A stretch of DNA of 35,082 nucleotides. Origin: Basidioascus undulatus (taxonomy: Eukaryota). This document shows, piece after piece, positions 1-10,445 of the stretch; position 1 is the stretch's first letter, and each line of letters begins with the position of its first letter. The notes under the pieces were generated by a model. That model worked only from the letters and a program-made list of their open reading frames with translations, was not told the DNA's origin and ran no database searches. The translations under genes were made by a program, and so were the position numbers. The stretch spans positions 1 through 35,082 of the forward strand of contig JTLS01000069.1 in NCBI GenBank assembly GCA_000826855.1, in the 5' to 3' direction.

Positions 1-2133
1 CCCCGCCGCCCCCATCCAATGCTCACCCTGACGCCCTCGCCCGCCGTGCCTTCCCCAACGACCGCCCTGCCCATCCCGGGCCGCCACGCGATGCCGACGC
101 GGAGCAGCACGTCCTCGAGCAGCATCGTCTCGAGCGTGACGAGCACCGCGAGCACCGTCCTCCTCAACGACCCCACCATCTGGGGCGGCGAGGACGACGG
201 CCATGTCGACCGCCAGCGCGGGCTGCGGCACGCCGATGGGATCCAGCTTGACGCTAGGTGAGCATCGTTCTTTTCGTTGGTGTGGGTGACAGAGAAGAGG
301 CAGGCATCGGTGGTTGGCAGTGTGGGGCATGATAAGCACATCCACTCGCCCTCCCTTCGTCTTGATCCCCCGCTTTTGCCCTGGCGAAAGAGTGACCGCT
401 TGCGTGGACGATGCCAGATCTCGCTTGTCGTGAAGGACCCTTTTTGTTGATGCTCCCGGTTCGCTGTCGTTGTCGCCGTGTGGCCCCCTTATCTCCCCAG
501 CCGTGTGAGCTGACCAGTGCCCCTTTCGAACCGTCCCCTACAGGAAGCACGCACGGCCTTCTTTCCAGCGCAAGCTACTCACCCTCCTGCGTGATGAGCT
601 CGCTGTCGACGGGTGGACCGACCCCGATCTCGACCCGAACATGATCCGCGTCAAGCCCATCGTGCGTCGTCTTTTTTTCCTCCTCACCCTCCTTCTGCAT
701 TACTCAACATTCAATCTCTTCCACAGACCGGCGCAATGACCAACTCGATCTTCTTTGTCTCCTCGCCCACGTCGCCCCAAGTGCTCCTGCGCATCTATGG
801 GCCTTCCTCGACCCTCCTCATCTCCCGCCCCAAAGAGCTCCACATCCTCCACACCCTCTCTCGACACTACTCCATCGGCCCGCGCATCTACGGGACGTTC
901 GCGAACGGCCGCGTCGAGCAGTGGTTTGCCTCCCGCCCGCTCACAAAGGAGGAGCTCCGCGTCGGGGAGCTCAAGGACGGGATAGCGAAGCGCATGCGCG
1001 AGCTGCACGGCGTCGACTTGCGGCGGATCCTCCTCCCCGGCGACTCGGCGCTTGACGGTGGGATTGAGGACGAGCTCAAGTCCCCGCTCCTCGAGCCGCA
1101 GCGCCCAGACAGCCCCGCACCGACCGACTTCTCCCTCTCCTCCGTCGAGACGCCCGCGAGCGCTTCGACGCCCTCCCTCGCTCCCCCCATGCCCGCTGTC
1201 TCGCCCACCATCACCCCCGGCGTGTGGGCAAACCTTGCGAGCTGGATGGCCCCCGCCGCGGCCGTCCTCGCCATGCTCAAGCGCGTCAACTTGCCCGCCG
1301 ACCACCCGTACGCGTCCATCGTCAAGGACGTCGACTTGTCGAGGTTCAAGCGCGAGCTGGCGCGGTATGTCACGTTTGTGGAGGAATGGGAGGAGCGCGA
1401 GGGCGAGAGCCCAATCGTCTTCTGCCAGTGCGTCTTCCTAACTCTGATGTTCTTGGCGTGGAGATGGTAAGGTGATTCTGATGCGGGATTTATGTTGTGA
1501 CGGTAGCAACGACACCCAGTACGGCAACCTCCTCCTCCTTGACCACCGTCCGCCCGCCCCCGCCCCGCCCCACCACCAGCTCTGCGTGATCGACTTCGAG
1601 TATGCAGCAGCCAACCCGCGCGCATACGACATCGGGAACCACTTTAACGAGGTTCGTCCCCTTCTCTTTCCTTCTTTTCCCTCCCTTTCCTCACCCCGAT
1701 TTTCCCCTCGTAGTGGCGCTACGACTATCACCACCCTACGCACTCCTGGGCGCCTCTGCTCTCCTACCCGTCCCCCGCCGAGCGCCGCTCCTTCTACGCC
1801 TCCTACCTCTCCCTTCACCCGACCTCCCCCCACGCCGCGCCCGCGCCCGACCGGCTCGAAGCCGAGGTGCGCGTCTGGGCGCCGGCGAGCATGGCGATGT
1901 GGGGCGTGTGGGGGCTGGTCCAGGCGCGAGACCAGGTGCTCAAGCTCGCGCGCGAGTTCGGCGCGGATCTGCCTGTCGCCACTGAGGAGGCCGAACGCGA
2001 GCGCGAGGGCAGCGATGGGGAGGCGGAGGGCGAGCCGGGCAGCGCGGGCGGCGTGGAGGAGTTCGAGTACCTCAAGTATGCGAGGGCAAAGTTCGAGGCG
2101 TTTAGGGAGGCGACGGGCGAGCTGGGGCTCTGA
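1..2133 (+). CDS. Choline/ethanolamine kinase (possibly 5'-truncated by the window; first in-window ATG at 19)
   Basis: Hand-spliced exons <=19-257, 544-661, 727-1427, 1507-1651, 1714-2133 (GT..AG introns) give one frame. It contains TGAMTNSIF, LLRIYG, IGPRIYGTFANGRVEQWF, the Brenner motif FCHNDTQYGNLL (split by intron 1428-1506) and the choline-kinase motif VIDFEYAAANPRAYDIGNHFNEW. Stop TGA 2131-2133. Confidence 0.93.
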
Positions 2134-3108
2134 GTGGAGATGAGTCGCTCGCTTTCCTTACTTCCTTTCGGTTTCGTGGCTGGTTGCTGTTGCCGTATAC
2201 CCACCCTGTTCTCATCCACTTTACCTTACCCTCACACACTTCCTCACTCCGGCTGTCTCTCTGCCTTCACGAATGCTATCACGACCCCCGTCTGTAGACT
2301 CTGCACTCACTCGCTCGTTCATGCACGCTCGATACCCCCGCAAATGACCCAATTGTGCCAGTGGGCCGGTTCAATACCGGTAGCGCTCAGTCGTTCGTCC
2401 CCCACCAATATTTACGCGCACGAAGCTCCGTGTCGTGAAGATCGGGACTATCGTCGTGAAGGACGGACCTCCTCCAACGAACGCCGACTGAAAATGACTT
2501 TTTGAAGGAGTCGCAGAGAATGCTTCTCGAGGTGTATCAAGATGGCGGGCACAAGAGTGCGCGATCTTGCTGCAAATTTGCCTTCCCGGTCTGGCAGGCC
2601 AAAGAATGGGCTTGCTGCTTTACTGGAACTTGTATCATGGTTAACATGTACATGACTAAAGTAAACGTCTACATTCAGTTGCTTAAAAAAAACTGTTTTC
2701 AACTTGGACGAACAACAGTCCTCGTGTACGCAACGTACGAGCCACATCAGACTGTGCGGCCGAACAGCCGTCGACTTGTCTATCCACACTGCAGAGGGGT
2801 TTGAATTTACACAGTGGAAAGTACACAAACTTATCTATGCATCCCTACTCAACCTCGTGCGACATTTACGAAAGTGTTGAATCTGAGCCGGGCGGCGGCA
2901 GAACGCCCTGGTTTCCCTGATTTGCGTTGCGCCGCGACGAAGCCCGCTTCTTGCCTCTTGCCTCTTGCCCTTCGCTCCTTCTCCCTGCAGCGCTACTCAT
3001 ACACGCATCAATGACCAGAATGCCTCCCACAAATTTATCTGTTGGCCGAAGATGGTAAGTCTCCCCACTACAGTTGTGATCTGCAAGGCTGCACTCCTGC
3101 CGTCGCAG

Positions 3109-3464
3109 CACCTCCTCCCGACTGGTTGGATCGGTATCCGCTGGATCGAGGTTCACATTGACGGCGTCGAGACCCTCGGTGGCTGGTATCCGAGGGCCCA
3201 TGCCTCTGGTCGACACCTCCATCGATTCGGGCGAGCATAGATGGCACGCCACCGTGCAATTCAAGTACGACAATGCTGGCGTTCAGGCACCGGTCCAGCG
3301 CCTGTGCCCGGTGCATCCGGCGGAGGAATTACCTGGCGAGGTGGTTATACTCGACGGGCCACACAAGGGTCAGGTGCCTCGTGCCGGGTCGTATGATGGG
3401 GAGGTCTGGAAGTGTTGATGAGGGACAAGCGCCCGCTTGGAACGAGTTGGATCACTACCCGTAA
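3109..3464 (+). pseudogene. Frameshifted relic encoding KOW-like motif(s), resembling the Spt5 C-terminal or G-patch/KOW type
   Basis: Three adjacent frames read LLPTGWIGIRWIEVHIDGVETLGGWY / ...WHATVQFKYDNAGVQAPVQRLCPVHPAEELPGEVVILDGPHKGQV... / VDEGQAPAW. LxPVxP followed by EVVILDGPHKGQV fits the KOW pattern (VxVxxGxxxG). No coherent start or continuous frame. Confidence 0.35.
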
Positions 3465-4774
3465 TAATCTAGCTCGCTTCACTCCTACCAGCACTTACAT
3501 GTTTGAAGCATGATATTTCTTCACCTGTCCACAATGTAGACTGTTCTTGCGCTCATTATGTTGGCTGTCACTGTTTCCATTAGCCCCGAGCTCGACAGCA
3601 GGCATGTCCTCTTCATGGACCTTGCCTGAGTCCTCGATCTGCCTGTTAACACAGCACTAGGGTCAAGAATACGCCCAAATTTTTTATCTTTGATGGTGTT
3701 GAAACTCTCATATCTGGACAGGCTCGGCCATCCCCTCGATGAGGTTGAAGAATCAATGGATTCGAGTTTTGCGCCGCTGCGCCCAGACTGCGGTGCATCT
3801 TTTGCAGGGTCACCCGGAATTGGCCCAACAGAAAAAAAAAACATTGGGATCTGGTCTCCTGAGTTGCAAAGTATTTCGGCACGAACAGGGTCGCGGGGCG
3901 GTGAAAACTAGCGGCCCGCAAGGCATGACGGTCATAGTCTTCAAAAAATCCTGACGCACGTCTCACAGCAAAGGGAATGGTACCACAGCCTCTAGGATTC
4001 AGAGATTCATTTGTATTCCAAGCTGCTTTCCGGTCATTTGATTATTCATTGAACGAGCACTCGAGGAGCATGGGGACCGCGTGAGGTGCGCATCCCTATC
4101 CATCACAACATGTGAGGGCAGACTGAGGCACCAAATTTTTATGATGGAATCGAATTTAGATTTTATTTCAAATAACAGCAGTCCAATCGCAGCTCCCGGA
4201 ACGCATTCGCAATGTAGCTCAGTCGGCCAGGGCATGAGCCTCGCACCACTTCACATGTCGTCCATGCGTCAGGCAAAAGGATTCAGCACAGTTCAGGAAT
4301 AGTCAAGTCACGGGTGCCAAGATTTTGAGACGCATGAAAGCGCAACGATTCTCAGCAGATAGAGCCACGACTACATCGCTTTCCTGAATTTGATCGACAC
4401 TCAGCCCTGAGGTCGGAGAAGTCGAAGGCGTCGCGTCGATGATCGCGATGCAGGATGGCCAAACCGCCTGATAGCCGCGTAACGACTAACCCGCACTCTC
4501 GATCGAGAATGTGTCTCCCCGGTTCGCAGGGAGGAAGCGGCACGGCTTGGAACTCGGTAGCGAGCGATATAGTCATGATGACGATCATTACGAGGTGCAA
4601 ATACTAGCAAGAATAAAGCAAACCCCGCTCAGCCAGGTTCAATGGGAACAAAGAAGTGGTTCATCCCTTGCAATTTCGCCTTCAAGGTTAGAATCGGCAC
4701 GGTCTTCAGAGGTTCATAACTTTGCGTGCAATTTCCATTCATGCAAACCATGCAGCCGCACCACACTGCGTCTT

Positions 4775-6741
4775 CTAGGCAACTTTCCATCCCTCGACCT
4801 CCTTTGCTCCGGCTGGGCTGGAGTCTACGCTCAGCGGGTGCTCGCCGAACTGGCTCAGGTCCCCCATCCGCTTTCCACTCTCCGCCAGCTCCCGCGCATA
4901 GTCGAGCACGTGCAACTCCCAGCCCTCAGAAAGGTTGTCGAGGTCAAAATCAGGCTGACGCTGTTGGAGATAGTCGTGTAGAAGGAGCGCGTGGAGGGCG
5001 GCTTGGTTTGTGCTGGAAGAAAGAGGGTTGAGCTGTGGAGCTCTCGACAAAGAAGCTGAGGTGGACTTGGATAGGGTGGACCGTACCTGCGGGCAGTGTG
5101 AGGTCGTGCCCCGCACACTGCGTCGCCGACGAGCAAGGCCTTTCCGGAATCGAACATAGCTTGCGGTGATCGGACGTCGGTGACCACCTAAACAACATAA
5201 TTTACGCTCAGCTTGTCGGTTTCAGTCTTGAAGGAAGTCAAAAAATACAACTCACCTGCAAGAATGGATCCCTCGTCTTCCTCACTACTTCCTTAAGGAC
5301 GTCGGGGAGTACTCTCTCGGCGCGCTGTCGGATGTCCGTGTCGACGACCTCCGGCTTGAGGAGACCCAGTGGGACTGAGACAGTTCGTTTGGTCCCCTGA
5401 ATAAAGGCGTACGCCAAGACTTATCAGCAAAGCTACCAGAGTTAGTGAGCCACAGGTGGAATGTGATCTCACATGCTTGTCGGTCATCACCCTGTCCAGC
5501 TCGGGCGAGCCCTCGGCGTAGTTGTTGTACCAGACCCAGTTCAAATTTCGCTTTCCAGATTCGATAGCCCCATTCTGAGAGGGAATGTTTAGTCAGCTCA
5601 ACGAGCCGTAGGGAAGGGTCAAGTGCTACTCGTCAATGCGCACCGGTCCGGGAATTAGCTGTTGCAGATGGTGCGTAAAGTTGTCAACACACTAAAATCC
5701 AAACACAAAGCTCGAATGACTGAATACTTACGTAGCAAAGGAATTGGGTATGTGCCGCATGGAAGAAGGTAAACTTCTCCGACAGCGTCTCCGCTGCACA
5801 AGGCGACAGTTCGCGCTCGGGGACAAGCCCGCGGAAAGCAAGGTAGCCGACGTTCGTGCTGTGTCATCATGATATGCACGTAAGGATAGATACCGTCGAG
5901 TGAAGTAGCCGATACTGACCGCTTAGCCTCCGGCACTAACTTCTTGCGGATGCTAGACGACGCGCCGTCGGCAGCGATGAGCAGGTCTGCCTCGAAGGTC
6001 TCGGGTTTATCGGAAGATGAAGAGGGAGTATAGGTCACAGAGACCTTCCCCGTGGAAGGCGAGAAAGAAAAGTCGGTTCTGCAGATAGTTGTATACGCTC
6101 AGCAGCGATCAAGACGGTCTGTGGAGGTCAGCAACGGACACATTCGCTCCCAAGCGATAGGCAGCCGTGGGCGATGGCCGAGGACGGGGGCCTAAACCAT
6201 ACGCGAATCCCTAAAAGAGGACAGTTTGTTTTCAGCTTTACGTCCGAGTGCTCGAAAGAGGTCTCACCTCCTTCTCCTTTCCATCAAAGTTTGCCCGCAA
6301 GATCCAGTAGAGCTGGCTGCCCAACCGTTTCAGCAAGTCTGCGTCGCAATGGGAGACTATTATATTACGACGTCAGAGACGAACCTTGGCCCAGCTTGTC
6401 ATCTCCTGCACCCACGCTTTCTCCGCCTTGATCACCTCCGACTCCCTTCCGAGGTACTGACGCCCCCCGTTCGCGGGCACCGCGAGGTCTGTCTTCGTCG
6501 CATCAAAGCGCTGGAAGAAAGCGCGCATGTTTTCGCCCAAGACGATTCCCGCGCCTTGGTCGGAAAGCGACGAGGAACGCTCAAAGATCGTCACGGAATG
6601 GCCGAGAGAGGAGAGGGCGACGCCCTGAAGGAGCCCGCCGAGCGATCCGCCTGCGTACACCCTGGGTTGAGAAGTTGACGATGAGGAATCGAGCGGCAGG
6701 GACTCACCGACGATGGCTAGAGTTCTCGGCTGGGTCGACAT
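4775..6741 (-). CDS. FAD-dependent aromatic-ring monooxygenase, 2,6-dihydroxypyridine 3-hydroxylase-like family
   Basis: Spliced protein has the Rossmann motif LAIVGGSLGGL (intron 6651-6707), FERS...QGAGIV, LYWILRANFDG, the DG motif ADLLIAADGASSSIR, GYLAFRGLVPE, LIPGP(15-nt exon 5644-5658)NG...NWVWY, and the GD motif LLVGDAVCGARPHTARSTNQAA. All junctions checked keep the frame. Stop at 4775-4777. Confidence 0.9.
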
Positions 6742-7548
6742 TCTGGTAGTTCTTTTTGTGATGGCTGGGAGTCAAGAGGCATGATGAGGCATTTAGTCTA
6801 CACCACCGAGCGCTCGCTCATGAGGTGGAGGATTAAGGAGCAGTCTACTGACGTCACCTGCGGTTTCTTTGGACTGCGAACTTGGCAACGCAACAACCAA
6901 ATATCGACGTTCTGAAAGAAGACTGTACGCCGAAGATAGTCTGTACTTTATTCCCGTGTTGGTCATGAGTTCTGAGTCGGTAGGACTACCGGTTGCCGCT
7001 ATGGACCGGGACTTGTTTGCACATACAGACCGCACTCACTTGGGTGTATGGTCCGAACGCGAGGATTACTTCTATAACATCCAAAAGAATCTTCAGATCT
7101 TGAGTATATGATATAGCACACTTACAATGGCCAGATAGTCACCCCGTACCAGACGATGGAGCGACAGGACACCGCGACGCCGAGCTGAATGTGATTCTAC
7201 AGCTGGCACATCTCCTCAAATGTATGCTGTTGAGCCGACCTAGGACGTGCATTATATATGAAAGGCGTGGCATGCCTATTTCATTCGGCACAGTCGATTC
7301 TTTCAGCCACATCTTCACAGCGCAGTCGGCACTGTGTGTTCTCCAACGAAACATCACTGTCCCCTCACGAACCAAAGCTCTTCCTTGATTTGAACACATG
7401 AAAGCCTCAATTTAGCGCAAAAATATCATGCAAGAGTGCATGGAAGACCGCTACGCATTGTCTGCCCACCGCAGCCCTTCGACGGATGCGGCTTCACCAC
7501 TGTGACCGCCGCCACGGTTCGTTCAGAATGTTGTGTTGGAGGGGTTCG

Positions 7549-8527
7549 TTAACAGATGCGCGCCTCCTTGTGTTTCGGCCAGTCCTGCTTCTGATGCTCA
7601 CCTCCACAGTACTATGCGCCCCTGCAGCGGCAGACATTTTTGCGTCGCAGGCCGCAAACCTCGCAGAAGAATATAGCCGCCTTCGCAGCAAGCTCGGCAG
7701 AGAAACAGATACAGTCGAGCACCACCTCGCTGAGCGGCATTCCAGCGGCTTGCACAGCGACCCTTTCTAGATGCGCGCGCGAATTGTTGCGCAGAGCTTC
7801 GCGGAAGAGGAGTCTCGAGGCAGCGTCAAGCGGCGGTGGGGGGAATGGTGGCCCAGGGCGTACTGGAGGCGTACATGAGTCATTCTCTGCTGATGGATGA
7901 GAATCTTCACCTGCAGAGGAAGGTTGAAGATTCTCCCGGGCTGGCGCAAGCGAGTTTCGAGGGTCGTGTATAGCCCGAGCTTCTCGAGCTCAACGTGTGG
8001 GCTGGGGAACGGTAAAATCTTTGCCCGGACGTCAAGCCACATCACATCCAGGGGAGATCGTGAATCGTGTCGGCCATCGCTCCGCGTACGAGGTGACCCT
8101 CGAAAGCGATTGGGAAGCTTGCGAGGTCAGCGATAGTCAAGCAGATCATGCGGAGCTTAGGGTGATGCGGATCGTAAAAGGTCGGATCGGACGTCGGCCG
8201 GAAGACGGTGATTTCCAAGAGGACGTCCTGCTGTTCTACAGAAGGGTGTACGCGAGAGGGACCGTCCAGCAGCTCCGCAGTCACGAATGGGCCGTTGGTG
8301 TGGTTGACCCGGATCAGAGCGAGGCGGTCGCTAGCGGACGAAGCGACGACGAGGACAAGCTCGCCTGGCCCTCGACGCACGGGCCCACATAGAGCTACGC
8401 CGGGTCTGCTATCCCCATATGAGACGGCCAGATTGAGATAAAGTTGCTGATCGGGAGCTCGAAAAGGTCGAGGGTGCCGAGCGGCCAACTCGAGGTTGTG
8501 CGAGGCGGTACGAACGTCGAGCGTCAT
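7549..8527 (-). pseudogene. Disrupted gene for a C-terminal MYND-type zinc-finger protein
   Basis: ATG at 8527 (gccATG after a pyrimidine-rich leader). The frame breaks at ~8050 (HDLP-LDVMWLD needs one more C) and again at ~7950. The final frame reads FFCEVCGLRRKNVCRCRGA*YCGGEHQKQDWPKHKEARIC*, matching the zf-MYND pattern CxxC..C.xC..YC..HQ..DW..HK..C, with an in-frame TAG at 7612-7614 and TAA at 7549-7551. Confidence 0.75.
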
Positions 8528-8894
8528 GGCAGCAGAGGATTTGAAGAAGTGTGCTCAAGCGGTAGTAGAGGAGCGAGCGAAAAGTGTAGATGGGAGAAGG
8601 TGGACGTCGAGGGCAAGCAGGCCATGCGTGGCCGATTCAGGTTAAGATGTCCCGGGTCCGCGTCCTGCAAAGCACCTGCGGTTCTTTTTCCTTGATGAAC
8701 GCAATTCCTCGCGACCATTCAGTAGAGAGTTGATCAAGAAACCGCGAAAACGGTATGTCATTCATTTTCTCAGGAAGGAAACCGTCCCCTCCCGGGTCTC
8801 CCTTGACCCCTCACCAAGCCCCTGGTTCTCTCCCCGCCGTCATCTCGTCGGCGTTCAAGAACCAAATGCTGCCCTGTATCGCCGCAGGCCGTCC

Positions 8895-10160
8895 ATGGCG
8901 GTGCTTCTTCCGGAGCTTCTTGTGCAGTCTTTGCTTTCGCGAGGCCTACGGCCACCCAGACTATGATGCAGAGCGTACCGCAGTTGCGCACACAAAGCTT
9001 TCCCTCCTGCTGGTCTGCAAACAATGGAAGTGCGTCGTTAGCAGTTCCAGGCCTGCGCACTCCGAGTGCTGATACGCGAGTGAGTCCCCTTTGGGGACGC
9101 TCACCACGCCCTGCCTTTACCGCGAGATCGAGCTCTGCTCGGCCTCTCAGCTCGAAGCGCTACTTGCTCATCACCTTTCTCTTGCGCGTGTCTGAGGCCA
9201 TGACCTCGCTTCATACATCCGCACACTCGAAACGGCCCCGCTTGCCTTGCACCGTCAAAGTGGAAGCGACGGGGCCTCATCGAACCTCTCGACGCTCATT
9301 GGGCTGTGTACCAGGGTCGAACAGCTCGAGCTCAATCGCGAGCCGTGCTACCGCTGCTCTTCAATTGTCCGTCTGTCAAGTCTTGCAGTAAACGCTCATT
9401 CGACCCTCACCACGCTCGTCGATATCGAAATCTCGCTCCCGCCCGAGCCGCTCTTGGAACTTCTCTCTCGCTTCCCGCACCTCGAAAGCGTCAGCTTGGC
9501 CATCAAGTGGCTGGCCGCCGCACCGGGGCATTCAGACGCCAAGGCCTTTCCCCTCGCTCTCCCTCGCATCAGGACCTGGAGCTCGACGTCCAAGGCGATG
9601 CCGGCCCGTTGCGCCGCACCCTTGCCCGCGCCGATCTGCGCACGCTGTGGTACCTGGATCTCGCATACGAAGAGGCTACCTGGAGCCCGACCGTCCGCGA
9701 TGTTCTCACGTCCGTCGGCAAATCGATCCTCTTCCTCAATCGTATCGGCGCGTCGATCGATGCGGACGACTTCTTCCCTCACCTCGCGCACGCCTGTCCT
9801 CGTCTTTCGCAGCTCAGCATCCCCTGGATCTACCAGCATGCCCCGAGCGTACTGGAGCTGAGCCACCCGCGTCTCAAAACACTTCGCTTTGCTGGGCTCT
9901 CGTTCGGGCAGGACGCCGAGGAGGCTGATCGGATTCTTTCGTCGCTCGCGCGGTCGCGGGAGAGACTGCCTGCGCTCGACACGGTCGCACTGTCGCAGTA
10001 TGACTTCGAAGAGGAACGGCACACGCTGGGGGCAGACGAGCAACGTCGGCTGCTGGTGAAGGCGGTGGTGCTGCAGAAGGCGGCATCACTCTTCAGGATC
10101 ACGAACGTGTACGCCTGCAGGACGCTGTTTCATGATACATATCTCAGGATGCCGCCGTGA
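8895..10160 (+). pseudogene. Disrupted F-box / RNI-like LRR protein gene
   Basis: ATG 8895 gives MAVLLPELLVQ (F-box start), a frameshift at ~8925-8940, then TKLSLLLVCKQWK. An intron donor GTGCGT at 9030 has no AG at the expected position (TTGGG). It continues TPCLYREIEL...RV*GHDLASYIRTL (in-frame TGA 9193-9195), LRR-like LLSRFPHLESVSL, a frameshift at ~9575 (LPRIRT-LELDV), then CPRLSQLSI, HPRLKTLRF, LPALDTVAL to the stop at 10160. Confidence 0.8.
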
Positions 10161-10445
10161 ATTTGAACGCTTCTTGAAAGCTGTGATTAACGTGTGCGCC
10201 GTGGTAGAGGTATGACTGGGAAGTTCATTGCATCTGCAGGGATGTAATGCCCTCGGAGATGGTTGCGCAGCGCTCTCGAGACGTCCACGCTTTCCAGGAC
10301 CGTGATTGTCAAGTTTCGCGCGATGCACAGCCATTCCGCCAGCGACCGAGGTAGACGGCACAAACTTGCCGGCCACATTGCAGCAAGTCCTCGACGATTG
10401 AAGCCCGCACCAACGGCACGCTGAGGGCACTCAACACACACATAC

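Noticed and set aside
2364..2382. T-arm-like hairpin GCCGGTTCAATACCGGT
   Set aside because: No upstream D-arm, anticodon arm or acceptor stem; it is an isolated hairpin.
4208..4300. tRNA-like D-arm / A-box TAGCTCAGTCGGCCAGGGC
   Set aside because: No matching T-arm/B-box (GTTCRA) and no acceptor-stem complement downstream.
6779..6853. Plus-strand ATGATGA...CTGA, spaced like a C/D snoRNA, with GAGGCATTT (U15/snR13-like guide)
   Set aside because: The 9-nt rRNA match overlaps the C box and is not followed by a D/D' box. The element lies antisense in the monooxygenase leader/promoter and is not in an intron, so it is probably chance.
8025..8055. Repaired peptide PLDVMWLD resembling a GH31 glycosidase motif
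   Set aside because: The surrounding sequence lacks other GH31 features and leads into a MYND finger.
10240..10430. Minus-strand AACCAT plus downstream ACA suggesting snR30/U17
   Set aside because: The m1 motif AUAUUCCUA is absent and the m2-to-ACA spacing does not fit.
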